A stretch of 64,000 nucleotides of DNA from Nitrospirota bacterium (GTDB lineage Bacteria; Nitrospirota; UBA9217): the NCBI GenBank assembly GCA_963740085.1, contig CAVUCU010000001.1, forward strand, positions 32,001-96,000, read 5' to 3'. Each line of letters opens with the position of its first letter. The stretch's first letter is position 1. Shown piece by piece: positions 19,859 through 29,369 of the stretch. The notes below the pieces were generated by a model. That model made no database searches, was not told where the DNA came from, and saw only the letters and a list, made by a program, of their open reading frames with translations. The translations under genes were made by a program, and so were the position numbers.

Positions 19859-20752
19859 TCAAACTAATTTTGACTGGGATTTCAGGTGTTCCAGGAAGAG
19901 TTGATAGAGCCGTGGAAGAGAGCGTTTCTTGTGCGTTGCCACATAAAAACTTCTTTTCATCCGGATATTCGTGATCTTTATTTCTTTGAGCGTTTTGTGC
20001 TTTAATTCTTCTTCAACGGAATATTTCGATACGACTGCGATTCCCAGGCCAGCCTTGACAGCTTGCTTGACCGCATCGGTAGATCCGAAGACACCTGCGT
20101 GCAGCATGGTCTCCATGGAAAAGCCCTGGGCCTCTAATAATTTTTCAGCTTCCCGGCGGGTGCCCGACCCTTCTTCACGCATTACCATGGGATATTTTGA
20201 AAGGTCTTTCAGCTTTATGATGTTGCCTTTAACCATGGGAGGAGAGGACACAACGATCAGTTCATCCTCCATGAACGGTAGAGAGGATATTTGTGAGCTG
20301 TTCAGCCTCGCCCCAACCAGGCCCAGGAGAATTTCGTGCTGCAAGACCTTCTGCACAATCGCCTTCGAGTCGGATACGAGGATCTGAAACGACACCGCTG
20401 GATAAGTTTTTTTAAAGGTTGCCACCAGGGAAGGAAGCAAATAAGTGCCCGGTATCGAACTTGCGCCGATGATCAGTTCTCCGGCGACTTCTTTCTTGAA
20501 TTGACCGATAGCATGTCGGATGCCATCAGCCTTTTCGGTTACTTCGATGGCGTAATTGTACAGGACCTCGGCCTCACCCGTCGGGATGATCTTTCTCCCC
20601 AATCGTTCGAACAGCGTGCACTCGAGATAGTCCTCCAGGGATTTGATATGATCGCTGACGGTCGGCTGGCTGAGCCGCAACTCCCGTGACGCCTTCGAGA
20701 AGCTGCGGTTCCTGAATACGGAAAGGAATATCCTGAGGTGATGAATGTCCAT
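19859..20752 (-). CDS. LysR family regulator, CysL/selenium-metabolism-associated type
   Basis: SFSKAS...LSQPTVSDHIKSLE; GASSIPGTYLLP; REEGSGTR; start set at MDIHHL. Confidence 0.93.
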   Translation of the reverse strand: MDIHHLRIFLSVFRNRSFSKASRELRLSQPTVSDHIKSLEDYLECTLFERLGRKIIPTGEAEVLYNYAIEVTEKADGIRHAIGQFKKEVAGELIIGASSIPGTYLLPSLVATFKKTYPAVSFQILVSDSKAIVQKVLQHEILLGLVGARLNSSQISSLPFMEDELIVVSSPPMVKGNIIKLKDLSKYPMVMREEGSGTRREAEKLLEAQGFSMETMLHAGVFGSTDAVKQAVKAGLGIAVVSKYSVEEELKHKTLKEIKITNIRMKRSFYVATHKKRSLPRLYQLFLEHLKSQSKLV

Positions 20753-20758
20753 GGAATG

Positions 20759-20788
20759 ACAATAGCATCTCCGTTTACGATATGTCAA
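20759..20788 (-). promoter_or_regulatory. Promoter of lysR (leaderless arrangement)
   Basis: TTGACA-18 nt-TATTGT with TGn extension, ATG 6 nt downstream. Confidence 0.6.
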
Positions 20789-20906
20789 TAGAAACCGTCC
20801 ATTATCTGCAGGAAGGATTCATCCTGAACGATGTAATTATACAGACCGGGAAGCCGCGGAACATATTTTCCCGAACGCGACATAAAGATAAAATTAGAAC
20901 TTTACA

Positions 20907-20935
20907 TTGACATCATCTCTCTCAACCTTTATAGT
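20907..20935 (+). promoter_or_regulatory. Promoter of the copper-associated operon (leaderless first ORF)
   Basis: TTGACA-17 nt-TATAGT, ATG 6 nt downstream at 20942. Confidence 0.7.
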
Positions 20936-20941
20936 AATCTT

Positions 20942-21226
20942 ATGAGATGGCAGGCATTCATCATACTTGCGGCAATCGTCCTGAGCATTGCCGGCCCCCC
21001 TACTTTGATTCTGACCGGCGTTCATGACAGCCGGACAGAGATTGGAACTCTTGACGTCTGCCACTCGTCGGCTCCCGCGCTCTCTTCAAACGGCGAGATG
21101 CCCTGCGTGAACGAATGTACGTTCAATGCACATCCACTGGCGCCGAGCATGGTCTCTGAAATTTCGAATTCCCCTTGTAAACCCTTCTACATCGCCTTTC
21201 AAGACGAACGTCCTCCGAAAAGCTGA
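20942..21226 (+). CDS. Small exported Cys-containing protein with C-terminal RPP (CutF/CruR/DUF2946-like candidate)
   Basis: Hydrophobic N-terminus, DVCH, CVNEC, ends ERPPKS; first gene of a metal operon. Confidence 0.65.
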   Translation: MRWQAFIILAAIVLSIAGPPTLILTGVHDSRTEIGTLDVCHSSAPALSSNGEMPCVNECTFNAHPLAPSMVSEISNSPCKPFYIAFQDERPPKS

Positions 21227-21454
21227 TCGCTGGTCCACTACCGAAATCGTAACTGTGCGTCCCTGGAATTAACACGTGCATGCGTTGCAGGTGCTGGGAA
21301 GCTCGAGCCCGCTTCAGCAATATCCGTCATAAATATGGTGCTCTTGTTCTCATCTGAAACGCTGCCGATGTTGCCATCACCGGGTGCATTACGATTTCAT
21401 ATGCTATCAGCTATTTTCAATAAAAAGTCAGTGAGTATCCTGAATGGAGGAAAA

Positions 21455-22327
21455 ATGAATTCATATTTTATTAGAATCTTCAGCGTTATATTCCCGGTCG
21501 TCATCGTAATGCTGCTGTTCGTCTCTGGATGCGGCAAGTCATCATCTGATCCTGCATCACCGGTGTATAAGGTCGAATATGTCCCCGGCACGGGCATGAA
21601 CGCGCCTGTCCAGGGGAAAACCGTGTATCAGCTCAAGATCACCAGGCAAAGCGACGGCTCCGCGGCAACCGGCCTCGCGCCGACGCTGACCATGACCATG
21701 TTCATGATAAATGGAGACAAACATTCAACGCCTGCTGATGCCGTCAAAGAATCAGCCACACCCGGTTACTATGACTGCACGGTCTACTATCTCATGGCAT
21801 CCGGCCCGACCATGGGTACCTGGGAAATGAAGGTCTCGGTCGCCGGAGAGACTACAACCATCAATCCCGATGTTGCCATGGCGATGGGAAGCGACACGGT
21901 TCGCGCAACTCTCTATGGCTCCGACGATATCGTCAGCGGCATGTCGGGTACGACCTATAACAAATATTATATCTTCCGGGACGGGATGACGAGCCAGTCA
22001 ATGCCGACCTTAAAGTTGTACATTTCCCACGCTGAGGACATGATGATGGACTTCAAGGCCGCGTCCGAAGGATCGGTCCTGAGCAGCCCGACGGACACCG
22101 TGGCGACGATGACCATTCAGGCGTCCATGGATGGAGGATCCACCTGGATACCCGGCATTGACAATACGAATGGACACTGGTCGGTTCCCGGATTGACAGG
22201 ACTGGTAACGGGCCAGACCAGCACGATCTATGTTAAACTGAATGTGAATAGCCAGGATAAAACAACGGACGGTAATACGGCATCCAGCTCGAATAACTAT
22301 GCGACATTCATCGTTACCCCGCAATAA
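21455..22327 (+). CDS. Met-rich lipoprotein (YtkA/FixH-like Ig folds), probable metal binding
   Basis: GGAGG RBS before ATG 21455; lipobox LFVSGC; MTMFM..HSTP, YYLMAS, HAEDMMMDF. Confidence 0.75.
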   Translation: MNSYFIRIFSVIFPVVIVMLLFVSGCGKSSSDPASPVYKVEYVPGTGMNAPVQGKTVYQLKITRQSDGSAATGLAPTLTMTMFMINGDKHSTPADAVKESATPGYYDCTVYYLMASGPTMGTWEMKVSVAGETTTINPDVAMAMGSDTVRATLYGSDDIVSGMSGTTYNKYYIFRDGMTSQSMPTLKLYISHAEDMMMDFKAASEGSVLSSPTDTVATMTIQASMDGGSTWIPGIDNTNGHWSVPGLTGLVTGQTSTIYVKLNVNSQDKTTDGNTASSSNNYATFIVTPQ

Positions 22328-22337
22328 AAGGATACGA

Positions 22338-23312
22338 ATGGTTCAGCGGACTATCATTGCAGCGGCCCTTCTCTGGGGGGCCGCATGCTTCTTCGCATCA
22401 CATGCCCACGCAGGTTCCTGCTGCGGAGGCGGCGGGGGCGCGACCCTGGTGTTGCCGGAGTTCTATCAGGCCATGGTCGACGTCTCTTTTGATATGGAGA
22501 AATACGATGGCTTCTGGAACCAGGATGGGAAGTATACGCCCGACCCTGCGGGATCCGATCTGCGGCAATACCGGCTGAACACCGGCTATGCCCGGCGTCT
22601 TTCAACAAAATGGCAAGCCAGCATCATCGTCCCCTATGTCTGGAACGAGAACAAATACTCGGGCCTTTCCTCCCGCTCCGAAGGATTAGGCGACACGACG
22701 TTGAACCTCTGGTACGAGGCAATTGACGACAAGTCGGCTTGGAAGATCCGGAATTTAAAGGAGATGATGCCTTCGATCACTATCGGCACTGCGCTGCTCG
22801 TTCCTACCGGCATTTCACCCTACGACAGCGTGAACAGCAGTTTCGATGTCACCGGACGGGGCTTCTACAGGCTCGACGGCAACGTCCTTATCGCAAAAAT
22901 GCTCCATCCCTGGAGCGCTACGGTCTCCCTGGGCTATGGGACCTACCTCGAAAGACCGGTCAACCGGGAATACGGAAAATACGTGGAACCGTACCAGAAG
23001 AAACTGGGGGACCGCACGTCGGCATCTGTTTCCCTGGGTTATATTTATTATCTCGGATCGGGAGGCGACACGCTGACCGGGACCGGATCGTTTTCCTATC
23101 TGCATGAGGACGATGCTTCCATAAATGGAAGCCGGCAGCCTTTGAGCGGATTTGAGAAAAATGCCTTCGGGGGGACCATCGCTTATTCCGGCACCGACAG
23201 TGATTGGACCATCAGGGTTTCATGGAGCCACGCGATCCAGCGAAATGACTGGGGAAAGAATTTCCCCACAACCGACATCTATACGATAGGAGCCAGCTAT
23301 GGGTTCCGTTAA
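22338..23312 (+). CDS. Outer-membrane beta-barrel transporter-like protein
   Basis: Signal peptide then SCCGGGG; GLGDT motif; amphipathic strands; ends SYGFR. Confidence 0.7.
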   Translation: MVQRTIIAAALLWGAACFFASHAHAGSCCGGGGGATLVLPEFYQAMVDVSFDMEKYDGFWNQDGKYTPDPAGSDLRQYRLNTGYARRLSTKWQASIIVPYVWNENKYSGLSSRSEGLGDTTLNLWYEAIDDKSAWKIRNLKEMMPSITIGTALLVPTGISPYDSVNSSFDVTGRGFYRLDGNVLIAKMLHPWSATVSLGYGTYLERPVNREYGKYVEPYQKKLGDRTSASVSLGYIYYLGSGGDTLTGTGSFSYLHEDDASINGSRQPLSGFEKNAFGGTIAYSGTDSDWTIRVSWSHAIQRNDWGKNFPTTDIYTIGASYGFR

Positions 23313-23850
23313 TATGCTTGCACTAGTTCTGATCCTGATGATGTTCACCGGATGCGGCAATACGCTGAACGATCTCAGTCCATCCAACAGCGATAAACGA
23401 CCCGCCGCGCAGCCGGGTACCACGGGATCGGAAGTTGGCCAGGATGCCCCGGATTTCACGGTCTCCGACACCCTTGGAAACAACGTAACACTCTCGTCGG
23501 TGACCCCGTCAGTGCAGGGCGTCGTTATGTACTTTACCATGTGGTGCCCTGTCTGCGACGGCCATATGAGCAACATGCGGGATGTCGTGATACCCGCATT
23601 CCCGGGCGTGCGCTTTTACGCGGTCGACTATGTGTCCGGCACTGTTGAGAAGGCAAGGAGTGAACAACTCGCGAGCGGATATGGCGGGTCAGCGTTCACG
23701 GTGCTGGCGGATACGAATCAGGCAGTCAGTGGACTTTACAATGGTACGATGGGGACCACGATCGTCATAGACCGGTTCGGTGTTATCCGGATGAATGAGG
23801 ACTACAAGGACGGCACGCGGCTTCAGGCCATCCTCTCCGGGTTGCCGTGA
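23299..23850 (+). CDS. Thioredoxin-fold (TlpA/peroxiredoxin-like) lipoprotein
   Basis: Lipobox FTGC; VGQDAPDFT; WCPVC. Confidence 0.85.
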   Translation: MGSVNMLALVLILMMFTGCGNTLNDLSPSNSDKRPAAQPGTTGSEVGQDAPDFTVSDTLGNNVTLSSVTPSVQGVVMYFTMWCPVCDGHMSNMRDVVIPAFPGVRFYAVDYVSGTVEKARSEQLASGYGGSAFTVLADTNQAVSGLYNGTMGTTIVIDRFGVIRMNEDYKDGTRLQAILSGLP

Positions 23851-23882
23851 TCCATGCGACCTCACTACGAAAGGAGTCTTTC

Positions 23883-24353
23883 ATGTTAAAACGAAGATAT
23901 TTTGCCGCCATCCTTATCTCCGTGGTCCTGTCCTGTTTCTCAGGCGCGGCCATTTTTGCCCAGAGCGATATCGATGATCACCGTTCATGCGCCCAATGCG
24001 GCATGGACAGAAAAGCCTACGGATACAGCAGGATGCTGATCCGGTACCAGGATGGTTCCGAGGTGGGCGTCTGCAGCCTTCATTGCGCTGTTGTTGATAT
24101 GGATGCGAACAAGGCGCGCGCGGTACAGTCCCTGCTCGTCGCCGACCGGGATACCCGTGTCCTGATAGATGTGGAAAAAGCGATATGGGTCGTGGGCGGC
24201 ACAAAGCGCGGCGTGATGACGCAGAGACCGGCATGGGCCTTCGCGTCAAGAACCGCGGCCGATGCTTTCATGAGATCCTATGGCGGAGAGATCGCCGCCT
24301 GGAGCGATGTCCTCGCTTCAGCCCGATCGGAAGCTGCCGGGGGGCATCGATAG
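23883..24353 (+). CDS. NosL family copper-binding accessory protein
   Basis: CAQCGMD, CSLHC, GVMT...AFAS..AADAFMRSYGG; AAGGAG RBS. Confidence 0.85.
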   Translation: MLKRRYFAAILISVVLSCFSGAAIFAQSDIDDHRSCAQCGMDRKAYGYSRMLIRYQDGSEVGVCSLHCAVVDMDANKARAVQSLLVADRDTRVLIDVEKAIWVVGGTKRGVMTQRPAWAFASRTAADAFMRSYGGEIAAWSDVLASARSEAAGGHR

Positions 24354-24513
24354 AAGGTTATCAGACCGCATTATACAACAACACCGCGCGTGGTTGGCCT
24401 TTTTTACATCTCCCCTTGCATGGGGCGGCTCCTGCATGATCGACGACATCGGAATAAGCGCTATAATTATTCGAGACATAGGAATGCAGACTTATTAAAT
24501 TAAGGAGAAAAAC

Positions 24514-25488
24514 ATGAGTGCCTGTGAGAAAGGTTCAATGGCGAGATGGTTGCGGCAAGCTTTCTGTTTCGCTCTTATGATGATCATCGCATCAATCCCG
24601 GCAACTTCATTCGCTCACGGGGTCGCGGGACAGAGATTCTTCCCGACCACGTTTGCAGTCGATGATCCATTCGTCTCCGATGAGTTTTCAGTGCTCTTTA
24701 ATTCCCTGAAAATGGACGATCAAGCGGGCGGGCCGCAGGTCCGGACTTCGTCGATTGACGTCGGATTTGCCAAGCGCATTCTGCCCAATTTCGGAATAGA
24801 GGTCGCTGAATCGTACCAGCGCCTGCAGACCGCGGGCGACGGCTCTGTCAGCGGCTACGGCAACCTTGAAGTGAGCGCTAAATATCAGTTTTACACGAGC
24901 GCTTCACATGAAACGATCGTTTCCTTCGGCGTGTCGGACGAGATCGGGAACACGGGTTCCCGCAAAGTGGGCGCAGAGTCCTTCTCTGTCATTTCGCCCG
25001 CCTTCTTTTTCGGCAAGGGGTTTGGAGACCTGCCCGACTCAATGAATTTTTTGAAGCCTCTGGCAATCACCGGGGTTATCGGCCCGAACTTCCCCTCGCA
25101 GAAACAAACGAGCACCGTCAACGAGGACACGGGAGACATAGACGTGGAACGTCATTCGACCACGCTGACCTGGGCGTTCACCCTTCAGTACAGTCTCATG
25201 TATCTCCAGTCGGCAGTGAAGGACGTTGGGCTTGGCGTTCCCTTCAACCGGATGGTCGCGGTCGTCGAATTTCCGATGGAGACGTGTCTGAACAAGGACT
25301 GTAAAAACCAGACGAGCGGGACCGTCAATCCGGGGATCGCCTGGATCGGAAAATATTCGGAGTTGGGCATTGCTGCGGAGATCCCGATGAACCCGCGGTC
25401 GGGAGCGGGAACCGGTGTCTTCGTTCTTTTTCACCTCTTTATCGATGACCTGTTTCCGACGAGCATAGGGAGGCCGATATTCCCTTGA
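24514..25488 (+). CDS. CopC-associated exported protein, probable outer-membrane copper channel
   Basis: Signal peptide ending SFA, mature N-terminus HGVAGQRFFP; beta-strand pattern; directly upstream of copC. Confidence 0.65.
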   Translation: MSACEKGSMARWLRQAFCFALMMIIASIPATSFAHGVAGQRFFPTTFAVDDPFVSDEFSVLFNSLKMDDQAGGPQVRTSSIDVGFAKRILPNFGIEVAESYQRLQTAGDGSVSGYGNLEVSAKYQFYTSASHETIVSFGVSDEIGNTGSRKVGAESFSVISPAFFFGKGFGDLPDSMNFLKPLAITGVIGPNFPSQKQTSTVNEDTGDIDVERHSTTLTWAFTLQYSLMYLQSAVKDVGLGVPFNRMVAVVEFPMETCLNKDCKNQTSGTVNPGIAWIGKYSELGIAAEIPMNPRSGAGTGVFVLFHLFIDDLFPTSIGRPIFP

Positions 25489-25874
25489 AAAAAACATCCT
25501 CACGATCTTCCGATGTAAGGACAACAGCCGCGCTCTTGTTCATGCTGTTTCTCTTCATCCTGCCAAATGCAGCGCGGGGCCACGCGTACCCGGACCACGC
25601 CGATCCCAGAGTGGGATCGACTGTCAACGCGTCTCCTGACCGTGTACGCATATGGTTCGACAGTGAACTGGAACCGGCCTTTTCCACTATCACGGTCCAT
25701 AATTCGCAGGATACGACGGTGGACAACAAGGATGGACGCGTGAATCCGTCCGATGCAACGCTGCTTGAAGTGAGCGTGCCCAGGCTTCCTCCGGGCAAGT
25801 ATCGCGTGGTTTGGAATGTCGTGGCCAGGGACGGGCACCGTACGGCAGGCGACTATCTCTTCACGATCAAATGA
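25485..25874 (+). CDS. copC: Copper resistance protein CopC
   Basis: Mature N-terminal His (HAYPDHADP), WNVVARDGH. Confidence 0.9.
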   Translation: MKKTSSRSSDVRTTAALLFMLFLFILPNAARGHAYPDHADPRVGSTVNASPDRVRIWFDSELEPAFSTITVHNSQDTTVDNKDGRVNPSDATLLEVSVPRLPPGKYRVVWNVVARDGHRTAGDYLFTIK

Positions 25875-27667
25875 CTTCCTTTCTTCACATTATTCCTGAA
25901 TGGTTCGAACTCGGCGCCCTGACCTTCTGCATCGGCTTGCTTACCTGCCGTCTCTGGGTCTTTCCTCTTGCGGCGCACACCGGCCTTATCGAACAAGACA
26001 ATATCCTCGATACGATGTGGAACCTGCTCTTCGTTTGCGCGGCGGTGATGATCGTCAGCAGCGGCGTCAATTTGATCTTGCGCGCCGCGGAGATGAGCGG
26101 AAATTCCCTCTCGACGGTTTTCCCCGTGCTTCCTGCGGTCATCTTCCGAACCCACCTCGGACGTGCCTGGCTTATTCGCATCGTGTGTCTTGTTATTTTG
26201 TTGATTTCGCTTCTGGCGGGTGGACGGCGCCGTGATTCGCGCGGACTTATGGGCCTCATGCTCGGCATCGTCGTAATCATCGTCATGACCGAAAGCGCAT
26301 CAGGACACGCTTCTGATAAAGGAGATTTCAGTGTCCCTGAAATTATGGATTTTCTCCATCTCCTCGCCGTCGGCGTTTGGGGAGGAGGGCTCTTTGCTTT
26401 GTCCCTTGTCGTTCTTCTAAAATTGACAAGGGCAGCTGATCAGGCAGCGGCATCGCTCGCCGACGTTGCCCAAAGATTTTCAAGACTCGCGGGCTACGCC
26501 GTAGCGGTCATCGCGATCACGGCGATCTACAACGCCTGGTCATACGTGGGGAGTTTCGGACCTGCCTGGAAATCGCCCTACGGCATGACGGTCCTCGCAA
26601 AGATCGTCATTTTCCTCCTGCTTGTTCTTCTCGGAGCATTCAATCGGTACATCAGCGTTCCCCTGTTGATCGAATGGGGAGGGTCTTCTTTTCCGGGACT
26701 CGGCATGATCGATCGCTTCACGAACCGTTTTCTTTCCCGTTCTCTCCGTGATCGAGCGGGAAAATCGATCGCTTTTTTGTTCATGCGAGCCGTGCGGGTC
26801 GAGGCACTGCTCATGGTGTTGGCACTCTTATGTGCGGCCATGCTTCGTCATGATGTCCCGGCACTTCATTATTCTCATGGTGGACATGGGCACGCGCACC
26901 ATCCGGCCCAGGGTTCCGCCCCGGTCGTCAGCCTTGAGACCGAACCTTCAACGATTAACGCGGGAAGCCCGGTGAAGATAACGGTCCGCATGAAAGATCC
27001 CGGGGGGAGGCCCCTGCAAGGGCTCGCCATCTCCCATGAAAGGATACTTCATATGCTTATCATCGGTCAGGACATGAGGTCCTTTGCTCACATCCATCCC
27101 GAGGATGCGGGGCCGATCACCGGTGAGATGCTGAAAAAGGCTGTCTTCCCGCTGCGCTTTACGTTTCCAAAGGCGGGGGAATATCTTGTCGGGGTCGACT
27201 TTTATGCGGGAGATGAATTTTACAGCCAAGTGTTTCGCGTCTCTGTCGGTGGCAGGCCGGCGATGAGAGCTCCCGAGACGGATCTCTCGACGAGAAGGAT
27301 TTTCGGAGAGTACACGGTAACCTTAGCCACCTCCCCGATGCAGGTCAAGGCGGGTGAGGAAACCTCACTGAGATACGTCATTGAAAAAGATGGGGTGCCT
27401 GTTACCGACCTAGGTCCCTACCTGGGCGCGGCGATGCATATTGCCGTCGTCTCCGATGACCTCAAACGGTATATTCACGCCCACGGGACAATTCCCGGAG
27501 AGCCCCATGCCCACCACGACCATATGCATTCCCTACCCCCGAGAAGGTTCGGCCCGGAGATAGAGTCCGACGTCGTCTTCCCTGTCAAGGGGATCTATAC
27601 GATATTCAGTCAGGTAAAACACGGTGACAAGGTTCTTCGCTTCGATTTTATGGTGAATGTACAATGA
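25871..27667 (+). CDS. copD: CopD family membrane protein fused to two His-rich soluble domains
   Basis: SGHA, LHLLAVGVWGGGL, RFSRLA, LGAFNR; then LHMLII..HIHP and MHIAVV..HAH; ATGA overlap with copC. Confidence 0.85.
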   Translation: MTSFLHIIPEWFELGALTFCIGLLTCRLWVFPLAAHTGLIEQDNILDTMWNLLFVCAAVMIVSSGVNLILRAAEMSGNSLSTVFPVLPAVIFRTHLGRAWLIRIVCLVILLISLLAGGRRRDSRGLMGLMLGIVVIIVMTESASGHASDKGDFSVPEIMDFLHLLAVGVWGGGLFALSLVVLLKLTRAADQAAASLADVAQRFSRLAGYAVAVIAITAIYNAWSYVGSFGPAWKSPYGMTVLAKIVIFLLLVLLGAFNRYISVPLLIEWGGSSFPGLGMIDRFTNRFLSRSLRDRAGKSIAFLFMRAVRVEALLMVLALLCAAMLRHDVPALHYSHGGHGHAHHPAQGSAPVVSLETEPSTINAGSPVKITVRMKDPGGRPLQGLAISHERILHMLIIGQDMRSFAHIHPEDAGPITGEMLKKAVFPLRFTFPKAGEYLVGVDFYAGDEFYSQVFRVSVGGRPAMRAPETDLSTRRIFGEYTVTLATSPMQVKAGEETSLRYVIEKDGVPVTDLGPYLGAAMHIAVVSDDLKRYIHAHGTIPGEPHAHHDHMHSLPPRRFGPEIESDVVFPVKGIYTIFSQVKHGDKVLRFDFMVNVQ

Positions 27668-28146
27668 AGAGCTCAGTTACTAAAATGAATTATATGATCC
27701 GCAGAAAAGTCATAACCTGGATTTTGATCGTTCTCTCGATGCCTCTCGTGCTCGCGCTGTTCGCCTCTTGCTCCCGCCAGCCATCTTATCCCCCGCCTCT
27801 TCTAAGCGGTACGGACGTCGTTATTGAGGTCAACGAACTTCAGCCGGAAACTCCGAAGTTTTACACCTATCGATATCAAGGCAAGAGCATTAATTTTTTC
27901 GTGATCAAGATCCAGGACAAGGTCCTGGCCTTTCTCGATGCCTGCGTGACCTGCTTTCCCCACAAGAAAGGTTACCGCTGCGAGGATGGAGCCGTCATTT
28001 GCCGCTATTGCAACACGAAATTTTCGATCTATCAGCTGGAGAAAGGGTTGGGAAGCTGTTATCCGATCAAGATCGAAGGTAGAACTGAAGGGGGTCAGTA
28101 TCGCATTCCCGCAAGGACCCTGGAAGAAGCCGTTGGCAAGTTCTGA
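27664..28146 (+). CDS. DUF2318-like Cys-rich (Fe-S/metal) protein
   Basis: DACVTC..KGY...ICRYC...GSCYPI. Confidence 0.8.
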   Translation: MKSSVTKMNYMIRRKVITWILIVLSMPLVLALFASCSRQPSYPPPLLSGTDVVIEVNELQPETPKFYTYRYQGKSINFFVIKIQDKVLAFLDACVTCFPHKKGYRCEDGAVICRYCNTKFSIYQLEKGLGSCYPIKIEGRTEGGQYRIPARTLEEAVGKF

Positions 28147-28160
28147 TACGGCCAGAGGGA

Positions 28161-29369
28161 CTACTCGTAGCGCAGTGCCTGGATGGGGTCCTGGAGCGCT
28201 GCCCTGCGCGCCGGATACACACCGAAGAACACCCCCACGGCTGCCGAGAACGTGAACGCCATGATGATCGACCAGGCCGATACGCTGGTAGGAAGAACAG
28301 TCACAAAAACGGGGATGAGAAGAGCAAGACCGACCCCCAGCAGAATCCCGATCACCCCGCCCGCCCCGGAGAGCGTTATTGCCTCGATCATGAACTGGGC
28401 CATGATGTCCCTGTTCCGGGCGCCAAGGGCCTTCCGGATGCCGATCTCCCTCGTGCGTTCCCGCACCGACACCAGCATGATGTTCATGATGCCGATGCCG
28501 CCCACGACCAGTGATATCCCGGCGATGCCGCCGAGCACGGCGGTCAGCACGCCGAGGATCGTGTTCATCGTTTCAAGCATGGCCCCCTGGGTCTGGATGG
28601 TGAAATCCTCCTTGTGGGCATGCCGCTTTATCAGGATATCCTTGATCTGGGCTATGGCGCGGTCGACATCCTCCGCCCTCGGTGTTGATGCGATGATCTC
28701 GAAGAGCGAGTCGGTATCAAAGAGTTCCTGGCCGCTCGTCACCGGGACGTAGACGATGTCGTCGATGTCCATCCCGAGGCTGGTCCCCTTTTTTCGCATT
28801 ACGCCGATCACGCGATAGCGCGCGTCGGACAGCGTCACCACCTTGCCAAGCGGATTATCCGCGCCGAACAGCTCTTCCTTTACCTTCGTGCCGAGCACAA
28901 TGACCTTGGCCTTTGAATCTACATCTCCCTGTGACACATAGTTCCCCGTGTCGACGAAGAGACTCCTCACCCGCTGGAATTCCGGCGTCGTGCCGATCAC
29001 CATGGTATCCCTGCCCATGTTCTGGTACTTGATCTTTCCGGTGCCTAACACGAGCGGCACCGCGTCGGTCAGGATCCATGCGCGCCGCCTGAGCGCGAGC
29101 GAATCGTCATACGTCAGCTTGCGGACCGTGCCCGCCGATGGAGGATGAAATCCTCCGCGCGTTGATGTTTTTCCCGGAGTGATGATCAGAAGGTTCGTTC
29201 CGAGGCCGGTCAGTTCTTTTGTGATATACACCTGCGCACCCTCGCCGATGGATACAAGAAGGATCACCGCCATGACGCCGATGATCACGCCGAGCATCGT
29301 GAGCCCGGAGCGGACCTTGTTCGAGAGGATCGCCTCGAAGGCGACGCGGAATGTTTCTATAAAGTTCAT
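28161..29369 (-). CDS. MacB-like ABC transporter permease
   Basis: RSGLTMLGVIIGV; GGIGIMNIMLVSVRERTREIGIRKALGA. Confidence 0.95.
   Translation of the reverse strand: MNFIETFRVAFEAILSNKVRSGLTMLGVIIGVMAVILLVSIGEGAQVYITKELTGLGTNLLIITPGKTSTRGGFHPPSAGTVRKLTYDDSLALRRRAWILTDAVPLVLGTGKIKYQNMGRDTMVIGTTPEFQRVRSLFVDTGNYVSQGDVDSKAKVIVLGTKVKEELFGADNPLGKVVTLSDARYRVIGVMRKKGTSLGMDIDDIVYVPVTSGQELFDTDSLFEIIASTPRAEDVDRAIAQIKDILIKRHAHKEDFTIQTQGAMLETMNTILGVLTAVLGGIAGISLVVGGIGIMNIMLVSVRERTREIGIRKALGARNRDIMAQFMIEAITLSGAGGVIGILLGVGLALLIPVFVTVLPTSVSAWSIIMAFTFSAAVGVFFGVYPARRAALQDPIQALRYE

Noticed and set aside
23883-24353. Nitrous oxide reductase (nos) cluster
   Set aside because: Only a NosL-family gene is present; there is no nosZ, nosD, nosF or nosY in the window.
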